Source of the DNA: Lingula anatina
Lineage: Eukaryota > Animalia > Brachiopoda
NCBI GenBank assembly: GCA_051362555.1
Contig: CM120645.1
Coordinates: 23,712,934 to 23,776,933 of the forward strand
Reading direction: 5' to 3'
DNA length: 64,000 nt
Shown: one piece after another, positions 24,436-36,379 of the stretch
How the letters are laid out: each line of letters starts with the position of its first letter
Numbering within the stretch: the stretch's first letter is position 1
The notes under the pieces: model-generated
Told to the model about the DNA's origin: nothing
The model's input: the letters and a program-made list of their open reading frames with translations, nothing else
The model's database searches: none
Position numbers and translations under genes: made by a program

Positions 24436-26736
24436 TTACTTCAGCGTAGGGTCGTACTTCTTCAAAAACTTCAAATTGAAAGAATATTGAATGAATTTTA
24501 TGTGTTTGTTATATAAATAAATGGATTTAATTTAAAATGGACAATAATGTTTTCAAACACTTTAATTTACCTCTTCGTTGGAGGTAAATATGTTTAGATC
24601 ACATCTATCTGAAATTCCTCCCTCAAATGTTCTTGTCTTTTAAATTTTGCAAAAATGTTTTTGTTATGCCTTTTGATTAAGTAAGGAATTAATTCCTACT
24701 AAAGGTCATTCGAGAAGTAATAAAAAACTTTAATCTGCTCATTGTATACATATCCAACTGTAAAATAAAAAGAAATGGCGTTGTTTTCATAGTAGCTATA
24801 ATATCAAACAATCAAACAAACCTTTACACATGCCTCAATGCATTCCTCCTTGTCTAACTGTCCATTTTCTGAAATAGAAAACAAGTCAGACTTCAAGGTG
24901 TAATAACATACACCACCGCAACTTGAGGACGACTTGAACCAAGCAGCATGTCTTAAACGATAAAACTAATACACGAATACAATTTAATACCATTATAATT
25001 GCATATATCTTTGGTCTTATTTACTTAAACACAGCACCAGCTGATAGTTTAAGTGAAGTCTTACTGCTACGTCAGTTAAGCCTTGGTCCCTACCAAACGT
25101 GCAGGCTGCTACGTGTGGTTTACGCCCCCCCCCCCCCCCCAAAAGAGGTGAAAGTTCGTGCTTGAGGAGCACGTCCATCGTGCGACTCTTGGAGGACGCA
25201 AACAGCACGTAGAAACTTTTCGACATGATCAACAGACACTACGTCCTAGCCGGACGCAAGGAACCTAAAAACCGTGGGTCCAAAACGTAGTTGGGACCTG
25301 GGCTTTATAGAGGAATAAAGTCACTGTTGGCTATGTATAATACACTCACCATTGGCATCCAGAGTCAATATCCGGGATCCGTCGTGTTCTGTCAAAACTC
25401 CATCTTTGTCCAAATCACTTTCTCGAAAAATTGCATGAGACCACAGAGGCCGAATTCTGTCGTCCAGTTTGACAAGCAGCCTTAACATTTCATTTTCTGT
25501 AACTTCATCATTGTCTGAAACCGAAACAGTAATGAACACTGTCAATTTATTTGTCTTTTATTTGGCTTAAAGGTTATTCTATCAGAGCACGCTGTCGATG
25601 TATGCTGTACCATTTTATGTCAGATTCTATTGATAATCGTAACATGAACAAGTTTTGGATTATATCCGACTGTCTTTCATATCTCCTATTTGACATACAC
25701 TGGGGGAACTTTTTCAATGTTTAGCCTACATTTACAAAAGTCCAAAAAGTTTTGGAAATTCTTGTATACTCTGTATGATGCCACAAGGTTAAATAGTATT
25801 TAATTTCAATTTTTGCCAAAATAAAGCAAATAATAGAGTAAACTTTGTACAGTAGCTGTACACGTCATTTTTTAACTTGTACCAGTAGGCCAAGACAAGA
25901 AACTGCCCAAATGAGTATAAAATACATAGGGCTATGTACATTGCACTTTTTCCAAAAATGCAAGAATACAGCTAGTGGGATTTCAGATGGTGTCCGAAAA
26001 TAACAGGAAAATAACAGGAAGCTATCAAGCTGGATTTTGTACATGCAGCTGTCATGCAGAAGAGAATTGCAGAAAAAAACAGTATCAAGGCAGCCTGGCC
26101 GGTTGCAAAATGACTTCAAACGAACCATGTTTAATTACAGGCCTCGTTTTGGTCAAATGAGGTTGAGAAACGCAAGGGGTTTGAAACTTACGGTCAGTAT
26201 CCATTCTGGCAAATGTCGCAATCCATTCCAGTTTAGTAATGATACCATCGTTATTGCTGTCCGTGGGATTGCAGATTAACTCTCCAATCTCTCTCGCTGT
26301 TAGCTGTGGCTTTGCGTCAGTTACAGCAGCACAATTACTAAAACTCAAATAATCTTTCAGAACCTAGGGTATTTGCAATTACTGAGTTGTGTTCATGAAT
26401 GTCATGGGGGGGGGGGGGAGGGGCAAAAGAAGTATTCATAAAAGTATCAACAGAAATAGCTTTTGAGTTATAATTCATCATGCACTGTTATAAGCTGTTA
26501 ATTAATAACAGATGCACCTTAATAATTAATTGTTAACCATTTATTGATTATTAAATTATCCTGAGTCAGTGATCTGGTACCTAAAAAAGGATCCCAGTGA
26601 AGCCAAGGACAACGACATGCAGAGAGAGAGAGAGAGGGAGGGAGGGAGGGAGAGGGTTTAGCATGTTCATTTGTACTTACATGTTTGTCACCATGGAGAC
26701 AACAGACAAGATCACTGTCATCACGTGGAACCTCAT
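24436..26736 (-). CDS. Secreted four-EF-hand protein, copy 4 (148 aa); exons 26681-26736, 26192-26337, 25350-25514, 24822-24868, 24436-24468
   Basis: MRFHVMTVILSVVSMVTNI...DSNNDGIITKLE...DTDHNDEVTENE...DLDKDGVLTEHD...DANENGQLDKEECIEACVKFLKKYDPTLK*. Confidence 0.9.
25079..25304. mobile_element. PIF/Harbinger-like MITE in an intron of copy 4
   Basis: AGCCTTGGTCCC ... GGGACCTGGGCT termini; TTA TSD at 25076-25078 and 25305-25307; empty site in copy 3 near 18903. Confidence 0.7.
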
Positions 26737-28548
26737 CCTCCAGCTGCAATGTGTGCTACTTTTATATAATTTATTCATAGTAACCCAGTAGATGAAAGTA
26801 CAATGAGACAACTAAAATGTCTTCTGTGTATTTAGAATTAACTACTAGGTCTTTTAGTCGCCAATCGCACCTCAAAGGGACCGTTTTAAAAGAAATAAAT
26901 ATTGAGCCATCCTCCTCTACCAATATTCAAATAGCTACCTACTATTATTCAGTCTTTTTCTAAAATCAAAATAAAACAAAAATTTTGTGAAGATTTTAAA
27001 GTTATAAGTTATAATGTCTTTCCACACCTTTAGGGAACCGGTATGTCATAGTTTGTCGAAATGGAAAAAAGTATTGACTCTAGATAATAGGAATCCTGTA
27101 TACAGGCCATTTAACGAATCATTGTGGTAGCAGGTTTACAACGCATGCGGTAACCTGGTCTAATTTATCACAAAATATAAAAATATCGAAGCGTTACAAA
27201 TTTATGAATAGATACAAATTGAAATAATATCATTGAAATAAGCATATAATCTTTGTAAAATAGTTTTATGTAAAATGCTCTGGTATCATTGAATAATATG
27301 CAAAAGCATAGAAAAGGATGCTGAAGTATCAGATGAGGCATTCATGTGATCCTTACCTGACACTCGAGTTGTAATGTTACACTAACATTAGGTAATGCAA
27401 ATGTAACAATTAGGAAATCAAGTGATGTTAAATAGCAATAATTACATGTCAAAACTTACTTGAAATGAATGATAACACCAGCGATGTCTATCAGTAGAAA
27501 TCTCCCACTAAAATGTCAAACGGAAGCGTTTCTCTTTTTCAAGGGCATTTATTGCTGTGTGGTTGTCATCAGCAGACATACGGGTATTTTCGCGTACGTG
27601 AGAGTGAACGGAACCTCTTCTACAGCTTGCCAATGAAATATGTGAAAAGTAGGCACGAGTTTGTTACTTGAAAGAGAGAGGTCAGTTTAGATTGAAAGCG
27701 ACTTTCTTGCTTGTAATAAAAACTCCCCTGTTGAAATCATGCGAAATCATGCCAAAATATATAGGAAATTGTGAAAAACATCGGTAAGGTTACTTTAGGA
27801 GGTTATTACTGTCTACATGGGCAGTTAGCAGACGCCTGACCCATATCTTACCCCAATAACATTCTACTAGTACGTATTCGCGCCGAGGTGATTCAATATA
27901 CCGGAGCTGGATCCAAAGTCATCTTGGGATTGGTTATTTATAATAAGGAATGATTTGGAACAGGACGGGAAAGTCCAACAATGTCAACTAATTTGGCAAT
28001 ATGCTCAGTTTATTCCTACTAGTCACAAAATAACAGAGCCGTAGAATCGATTTAGACGTCAATTCGACTTATTTTTGCGTAACCCGTCTATTCATCTCCT
28101 TGCGCTTCCCTACCCGCATGACTTTATTAGGCTGTCGTTTCATTAAAAATTTGATAGGTTTTTCTTTACATTTGCCATTTTGCACCGGCACAAAATTATT
28201 CCAGGAAATCTAGCTGCCAGGCAGCCAAGCTTAACTTGTTTTTCATACTACCTGTATAAGCTTGTGATTTATTCGTCTAGTTTGCATCCTAATTACGGGT
28301 GAAAGTGATATGGACTTCTCTGTATAAAGAATACGATTCCTCCAGCTGACATACCATGTTCTTCCTTATAGTAGTATGTGACTGCTTTCCAACTTCTGTT
28401 TGGGTCCAAGCTTCAGGTTTCGTAGCAAAATGCTCTCTACTCAAGCTAATTGAAAGGCCTTTATTTCAAGAGCGCTCTCAAGGTTGCTTCCTCCCCAGGT
28501 TTTAGCCGTCCCGTGTTTCAAATCTTGAGAAGTACAGGGGTTTAGGAT

Positions 28549-28801
28549 CCCCTGCGAAACTTTGTCTCACTTAACGTTCACTTACGGTTCGCAATCTATT
28601 CTAACACATTTGTTTTATTTATTTTTTACAGTACTAATGTTGTTCTATAATGAATGTAACAGTTCGAGTATTGTTTTGGAAAGTCCTTCAGAATGTCCTA
28701 GAAAAGATTAAGAACATTTTTCTTAAAAGAGAAAAACATTATGTTCTAGGACAGATTGAGAACCGTATGTGAGCGTTCAATGAGACAAACTTTCGCAGGG
28801 G
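28549..28801. mobile_element. MITE with about 45-bp TIRs (CCCCTGCGAAA...TTTCGCAGGGG)
   Basis: Clear inverted termini; homologous copies at 10645-10886 and 51569-51791; absent at the homologous sites near 16990 and 23650. Confidence 0.8.
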
Positions 28802-29087
28802 TAGTTTCCTGAATTTAGTAATTTAGTAAATTTAAATTTAAAAAAGTGTCAGGTGACATAAAACTCTGTTAAGAATCGGAGATGGTTTAGAATTAAGTGT
28901 TACATGGAAATAATTCTAATGTTGCGGTTTTGGAAGTGTCTGAAGTGAATTTTCATGTGGAGTTACAGGAACAGAAATGCACTTCATTTATCAACTTATT
29001 TTCGTTTGATAAAAAAATAAGTTAATAACTTTGAAAGATTTATCCTATGAAAAAAGAAATAATCACACAACATTTCACTTTTTTTAG

Positions 29088-29273
29088 GGTTACGGTCAAG
29101 TCTTAATCCACAAGATAAAGCACAAGCACACCTGGGCTCGGAACTATTTCTCTCGTCTGCCGGGAATGGCGGAGTACATGCACCAGAAGTCTAAAACAAC
29201 TCCAGCCAATCAGGACTTCTCGTCTCCGTCCATAGCGGGAAAAGCAGTGCCAAAACAGATGATAAAAGCTTAA
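29088..29273 (+). other. Duplicate of the IQUB terminal coding exon (intact frame, acceptor and stop)
   Basis: 186 nt with 14 differences from 1862-2047 by my count; preceded by cactttttttag; reads [36 protein letters not shown]...QMIKA*. Confidence 0.9.
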
Positions 29274-30271
29274 ACTACCAGTCATTTATTATTTCAGTAT
29301 GGGGAATGGTATGTTGGTTTGGGCTTGTGGATAAAGAAAGTTTTTCATTGAACTTATTGTTGGAGTGTCATAATAAATTATTCCGCAGCAATCGGACAAA
29401 TTATACTACGTTAGAACCATCAAAATATGTTACAAATACTTTACGGGCATATTTTTTATAAAACAAACAAAAACACGTGGGTTGTTATGGCAAGTTCAAC
29501 GATGCCCATGTGATATTATCTAGTTCCGTTGGGATCGGGTGTATAATATATATAAATGAGAATATTTTGAATACGGTTATGCCAAGCGATTTGCAAAAAT
29601 AAGTTGTGCGATTTGTATATAAATTCTTGTAAATAAATAATATTGTATCTGATCTTTGAGTATTGGTTTTATATTTTGATTTGATACGCGAGTATAAAAA
29701 GTAACAGAAACCGCAACGCCAAAAAAGGTTGGGACAATTACTAGCGTACTATCATTGCAATACGTGTTGCCAGGTAATATAAAAAGACAATATTGAAATA
29801 CTAAAAATTCGTTTGGAACTAGTGTGACATTTTATTTGCTTTATGGCATATTTTGAAGTGAAAATACCACAGAAGTATCACACAAAATTTTAAAATCACC
29901 AAAATGAAATGTCTTTCACATGTTTCATCCTTTAACCAAAGCCAACTGAAATGGAAAAAAGTAAATGAAATCAGACATGTCTATATAGTTTATATTTCCC
30001 GATCGACGATCCCAATATTACTGCAGTTTTTCTCTCTCAAAAGGTTAACATTCAATAATCTTCTGACATATTGCTAAGTGTTACTTTATTACAGGTAGTT
30101 TGCACTATTTCTCTAAATGGATATTTAAGAGGGGGTCACCTAGCTTAGACACGATTTCACCGCATGAGTAATTATTCTAATACATATGCAATCATATATT
30201 GCAGGCCTGCCTATATCCCATGTATTGTATAGTAAAACTTACCATTTATGATAAAGATTGGGGGTAGCTTT

Positions 30272-31988
30272 TTACTCCAGCTTGGGGTCAAACTCTTTCA
30301 AAATCTGCAATTGATTGAATATTGTATGCGCAACATCAAATACGAATAGATTTTATGGTAAGAAATGACTGATGGTTATTAAGAGAAAAATTATCTGATT
30401 TTTTTCATTCAGACGTTTCTAACCTTTTTGAAAGTGAGGTTCGTAATTCCTACTGCAGGTATCTTCAAGAACCGATAAGCACATTTTACTAATCGCGGTG
30501 TTCAATATAAATTTTTCTAAAACAAAAAATTGTTATAATGTGCAGAGTAATGAAAGCATCGTTATAATCAAATTTACCTTTGCACATGCTTCAATACATT
30601 CCTCCTTGCTTACGATCCCATCACCTGAATTAGAAAACAATCACTTTGTCACGTTACTTTTGCAACCCAGAGTTTGTGCAGCATAAGGCATCAACTCTGT
30701 TTCAGAAAAATAGGAATTTAAGATTAGCTCTTCATTTGAAAGAATATAAAGCACACTAACCATCGGTATCTAGCGTGTCTAAAAGTTCTACATCGACCGT
30801 AGTCAAAACACCATCGTCATTGAAATCATCCAGTTCAAAGAATGCACGGATCCACTTTGGTTTTAGACCATAATCAGCTTGAATTAAAAACCTCATATAT
30901 TCGCCTAGCGTGACTTCATCATTATCTGGAAACAAAACGAATATATTTATATATACGAATATATATAATTTTATGATATGTGTACGGGTATACTGCATAG
31001 GATATGTCTGCATTCAAAACCGCGGAATAACAAATATCGGCATGGCTGGCCCACCTGAATGCTTGTTATTTAATACGTAGATCTATTAGTGTGTTGGTGT
31101 GAATTCGGCCTTTTATTCGGAACAAAATGGACAGTTCTGCCGAGAGCATGCTTTCTTTTTATCAAAATGACTATGGACCCTTTCAAAAGTAACATTTTGT
31201 CAATTAAGTTATTTGCATTATTAAAATGCAATTGTGTGGTTTATTTTCTGTCCACCTTTGACAAAATATTAATAAAACAAGAATAAAATTTTTACATTCC
31301 CACTGACATTTCAAATAATGACATGGTACCAGAAAAATTCAAGGTATTGTTCAACTTATGAGCATCTGCGTATGTTGTAATTTGTTAACAGCTTTTTTCA
31401 ACGCGGTGAACGTGGTATTTTTGAATGTAGAAAATTACGCATCAATTCCCTTGCATTATAAAAGACTTATATGATAAACTGGAATGTATCCATTCCATGT
31501 TTCTAATTCCAGCTTATGCTGAAGTAAATGTTCCGGATAAGTAATGATTGGACTTACGGTTAATATCTATAATGGCCAATGTAGCCCCCCATTCCAGTTT
31601 AGTGAAGATACCATCGTTATTGGTGTCCGTGGCATTGCAGATGAACTCTCCAAGCTCCCACGCCGTCAGCTGTGGCTTTGTGTCATTCACAGGAGCACAA
31701 TAACTAAAATAATGTCAATTAAAATCCAGATAATCTTTATGACAGTATTTGCAATTATTGTGTTATGTTCAGAGATGTGAATGGGAAGCCACAAGAAGTA
31801 TTCTCAAAAAGTATCAGCAGAAATAGTTTATGAGTTTTAATTAATCATACGCTGTTATAAGCTATTAATATATAATAGATTCACCCTCATTATTAGTTGT
31901 TAAAAGTTAATTGATTATTAAGTTATCCTGAGTTAATGATCAAAGTCCTAAAAGAGTTAAAAACGGATTCAAGCGAAGCCCAGACCGA

Positions 31989-32034
<46 letters not shown>

Positions 32035-32215
32035 AGGGAGAGAGAAAGAGAGAGAGAGAGAGAGGGAGAGAGAGAGAGAAAGAGAGAGAAAAAGAAAGAG
32101 AAAGAGAGAGGGAGGGAGAAGTGGAGGTTTAAGCATGATCACTAGTAAGGCCTACTTACATTTTTGTCACCACGGAGACAACAGACAAGATCACTGTTAT
32201 CACGTGGAACTTCAT
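30272..32215 (-). CDS. Secreted four-EF-hand protein, copy 5 (148 aa); exons 32160-32215, 31558-31703, 30761-30925, 30578-30624, 30272-30304
   Basis: MKFHVITVILSVVSVVTKI...CNATDTNNDGIFTKLE...DINHNDEVTLGE...DFNDDGVLTTVD...DTDGDGIVSKEECIEACAKILKEFDPKLE*. Confidence 0.9.
31992..32120. repeat. (GA)n / purine-rich microsatellite in the intron after the signal-peptide exon
   Basis: Homologous GA tracts of variable length at about 13445, 21455, 26621, 38141, 49237, 57490 and 61804. Confidence 0.9.
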
Positions 32216-32607
32216 CTTCTTGCAGCAGTGTGTGCTACTTTAATATAATTTGTTTACATTAATCCAGTAGATGAAAGCACGAGACAACTAAATGCGTATT
32301 TAGATTTTATTCTAACATGGCATGGCGCAAGGTCAAAAATTACACCTCAAAGGGACCGTGTTTAAAGATACAATAATCGAATCAGTCTCGCTTTAGCAAT
32401 GTTCTTTTAGCTCTATGTACCTACCATTATTGTCTGATTCTAAAATCTAAATAAATGTCTAACTGAACAACAATTATGGGAAGATTTAAAGCTATTGGTT
32501 ATAATGTCATTTCACACCTTTAGGGTACTGGCATATTACAGTCTGTAAAAATGGAAAAAGTTTGACTTTGGACAATACGAATCCTTTATACATACTGGCC
32601 ACGTAAC

Positions 32608-33600
32608 GTATAAGTAACAAAGTGGAAGCAGGTATACAACGTATAGTGTAACCTGGTCTACTTTATCACAAATGATAAAAACGCCGAAATATCTTTTTAT
32701 GAAAATTAATCGAAGCATTATAATTTTGTGAATTAATACAAGTTGAAATATCATTGAAATGATCATTAACTGTATGTAAAATGGTTTAAGAATCGGAGTC
32801 ACATGATGTTTCTGATCCAACGATCTGGTATCACTCAAAATCCTTTAAACAGAATGCAGAAGAACCAGCTTAGGTATTACGTTTTGCAAACATAACAACT
32901 AGAAAATCAAGCGATGTCAAATAGCAATAATGTCATCTGAAAACTTACTTGATATGATTGTTTACACCAGCGATGTCTATCAGTAGAGAGCTCCGACTGA
33001 AATGACAAACTTTTCTTTCAAGGCAGTTTATTACGATAGCTATGCTATAGTCACGTCATCAGCAGACATACTGGTATTTTCGGCTGAAATTAAATTGAAT
33101 GAAATTAATTGTATAAGTAACAAAGTGGAAGCAGGAACACAACGTATAGTGTAACCTGGTCTGCTTTATCACAAACGATAAAAAAACCCGAATTATCTTT
33201 TTTCATGAAAATTAGTCGAAGCATTATAATTTTGTGAATTGATACAAATTGAAATATTGAAATGATCATTAACTGTATGTAAAATGGTTTAAGAATCGGA
33301 GTCACATGATGTTTCTGATCCAACGAGCTGGTATCACTCAAAATCCTTTAAACAGAATGCAGAAGAATCAGCTTAGGTATTACGTTTTGCAAACATAACA
33401 ACTAGAAAATCAAGCGATGTCAAATAGCAATAATGTCATCTGAAAACTTACTTGATATGATTGTTTACACCAGCGATGTCTATCAGTAGAGATCTCCGAC
33501 TGAAATGACAAACTTTTCTTTCAAGGCAGTTTATTACGATAGCTATGCTATAGTCACGTCATCAGCAGACATACTGGTATTTTCGGCTGAAATTAAATTG
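32608..33600. repeat. Recent 503-bp tandem duplication covering non-coding exon 1 and core promoter of copy 5
   Basis: Near-identical units starting gtataagtaacaaagtggaagcagg at 32608 and 33111; exon-1 ends at 32949 and 33452. Confidence 0.9.
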
Positions 33601-34738
33601 GAACCCCTTCTACAGCTCTCCTGACATCTCTTCTATGATAATGTACGTGTTACGCGTGTAAGACAGACAAGATCGTGTCCACCTTGAAACAGGGAGATCA
33701 AATTTGATTCAAAGTGAATTTTTTCCTCACGTCATATCCAAGAAAAACCTGTTTTAATTATAAAAAACATATACAGGAAATTGTGAAAAATATCGGTTAA
33801 GATCACGTAGGGAAGCCGTTAATGTCTGCCTCGACGGCTGCTGGCATCACTTTCACGTGTTAATAAATACCACGAACACAAAAGGACTGGATAATAGACA
33901 AATCAGCAACAACCATTTCATATACCAGTAAAACGTTTTTTCACAATTATTATTGAAATGAACATTTGTCACTAAACGAAGAGTTCTTCATTTGTCAAAA
34001 GCTATGGAAAAATTAATGAGATTTGCCAGTATTTCTTCTCATCACAGTGTGATCTAACCAGGGAAATGAAGGCTGTGAAAGATATTTAAATACTTTTAAG
34101 TACTTTTAATAAATTTAAAGAATTCTGATTACAGCCCCAAAGCTGCTGGGCGTGCATGTACTGGAAACTTAGTCTGTTGAACTCTCGAGTATAGCCAACT
34201 TAAGGTAACATATTAGTTGTCTGAACAATACGCAGCATATGCACTTTGACATAGTCTTTTTGTAAACTTAGTTGCCTTAGTAGCTAACATGTAACAAGAT
34301 TGATGAGTCCATTTAAAAAAAAAAGGTTTTATTCTACTCCTACCAAAACACATTTGTTCCATGAACTGACAGCAATATACGTATTTCCGTCAGTGTCACT
34401 AAATGGATTACAGTTATAGCAGACTTATATTATCGACTTAGTTTCAACCTTATCTTGGAAACACCCCTTTATATGACACAAAAGTCAATTGTCAACGCAA
34501 TCTCATCCACGCATCCTTCTCCATGTAACCATATAAGTTAGACGTTCATCTGAAAATGACATAACTTAATTAAGATTTGATTTGGTTTCTGGCATTACAA
34601 TTCCTAATATACTATCAAAGAAGAAATATGCCCTGAGAAATGTATCAACTTAAAGGGTGGCTAGCATAAATTTGATGGTATAGCAGAGCGATGTCAATAA
34701 TGAATATATACACTGCAATCCTGGATGGCCAACACATG

Positions 34739-35561
34739 CTACAAATCGCATATTTTCCTAAACAGAAGGTGGGCCAGTGTCATTCCTGTATGGCCTTCAT
34801 ATATTCTTGGATCTCCTCCTATTGGACAAAGAAAATGTGAACTCCGGTCACAGCTTGTCACTTTCATCGGATTGACAATATAAAAACCATCAATGATTTC
34901 CACTCCATATTTTACCAGGCTCTCCCTGATGATTTCGTTGACCGCTGCCACCATGTAATCATTCGCATTTCTGGCCAAAATCCTAGGCAGAATATTGACA
35001 TATATTAGATGAATTTTTGCAGTGTTGGGATTTTTCCGAACTCTGCCCAGGAGGTGGACAAAACGACCAAAATCTTGTTTTATAAATTTGTAGGCACCCT
35101 TAAGTTCTATATCATGTATACCTAAATCCATTACAACTACATCATCGCTTGTAGCAGGCCTTTTGTGAAATCTGGACGAGAGTGAACGTATTGCTTTCAG
35201 CCAGTCGGGAGTCCACGGAGTCCACTTAAATATATAATTGCTCAGACCTATAAGCTCCATTCGGTCCGGTACAGAGTGCTTGGGATATATGCTAGGAGTA
35301 ATGTGGTCTGTATAAGGAGGAATATGATGATATTTCGACAACAGTTGATTCAAGTTATTACTAAGATATCTGAGATGTGAATCTCCGAGGATTCTGAAAG
35401 TGGTTTTCCTAGTGTAACATTTGCAAAGGTCTGCCTTAGTCACGAACTCGAAAATACACCCGCTTTTAGTTCCCCATTTCCAGTCTCCTCGAATATCCCA
35501 CCAACGCCCATTCATGTATTCCTCAATGTTTGTCTTATTACAATTTTTACCTTGTGTTATT
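34739..35561 (-). pseudogene. 5'-truncated NXPE/PC-esterase (SGNH-type) gene copy
   Basis: Near-identical to the C-terminal part of 44875-46272 (GDSHLRY, DLGIHD, CDRSSHFLC). Homology stops at about 35561, where a Helentron-type repeat starts; the membrane anchor and N-terminal domain are missing. Confidence 0.85.
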
Positions 35562-35676
35562 ATCCCCGCACTTTTGGGACAAAAGTCGGGGATCATGTTA
35601 TCCCGCCCGTCCGTGCGTCTGTGCGTCCGTGCGTCTGTGTGTTAGTAATTTCCGCTATCTCCTCCTAGACTATTGC
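35558..35676 (+). mobile_element. 5' end of a non-autonomous Helentron-type (HINE/DINE-1/pearl-like) element
   Basis: ttattATCCCCG-cacttttg-ggac-aaaagt-CGGGGAT hairpin followed by a (GTCC/GTCT/GTGC)n microsatellite, the typical HINE 5' structure; lies at the NXPE truncation breakpoint. Confidence 0.7.
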
Positions 35677-36379
35677 ATATGAGCATATTTTGAATACGGT
35701 TATGCCAAGCGATTTGCAAAAATAAGTTGTGCGATTTGTATATAAATGCTTGTAAATAAATAATATTGTATCTGATCTTTGAGTGTTGGTTTTATACATT
35801 TTGATTTGATACGCGGGTGTAAAAGTAACAGAAACCGCGACGCCGATAAAGGTTGGGACAATTACTCTCATTGCAATTCGTGTTGCCAGGTAATATAAAA
35901 AGGCAATATTGAAATACTAAAAAAATCATTCTATTTGCTTTATGGCATATTTTGAAGTGAAAATACCACAATAGTATCACACAAAATTTTAAAATCATCA
36001 AAATGAAATGTCTTTCACATGTTTCATCCTTTAACCAACGCCAACTGAAATGGAAAAAAGTAAACGAAATCAGACATGTCTATATAGTTTACATTTCCCA
36101 ACCGACGATGCCAATATTACTGCAGTTTTTCTCTCTCAAAAGGTTAACATTCAATAATCTTCTGACATGTTGCTAAGTATAACTTTATTTAAGGTCACTT
36201 GCACTATTTGTCTTAATGGGTATTTAACAAGGGATCGCCTTGCTGAGATTCGATTTTACCTGACATACGGCATGAGTACTTACTCTAATATATATGTAAG
36301 CATATCTTGCATGTCTGCCTATATCCCATGTATTGTATGGTAAAACTTACCATTTAACATAAAGATTGAGAGTAGCTTT

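Noticed and set aside
31936-32145. RE-dipeptide ORFs (also 13383, 26597, 61751)
   Set aside because: Translation of intronic (GA)n tracts on the non-coding strand.
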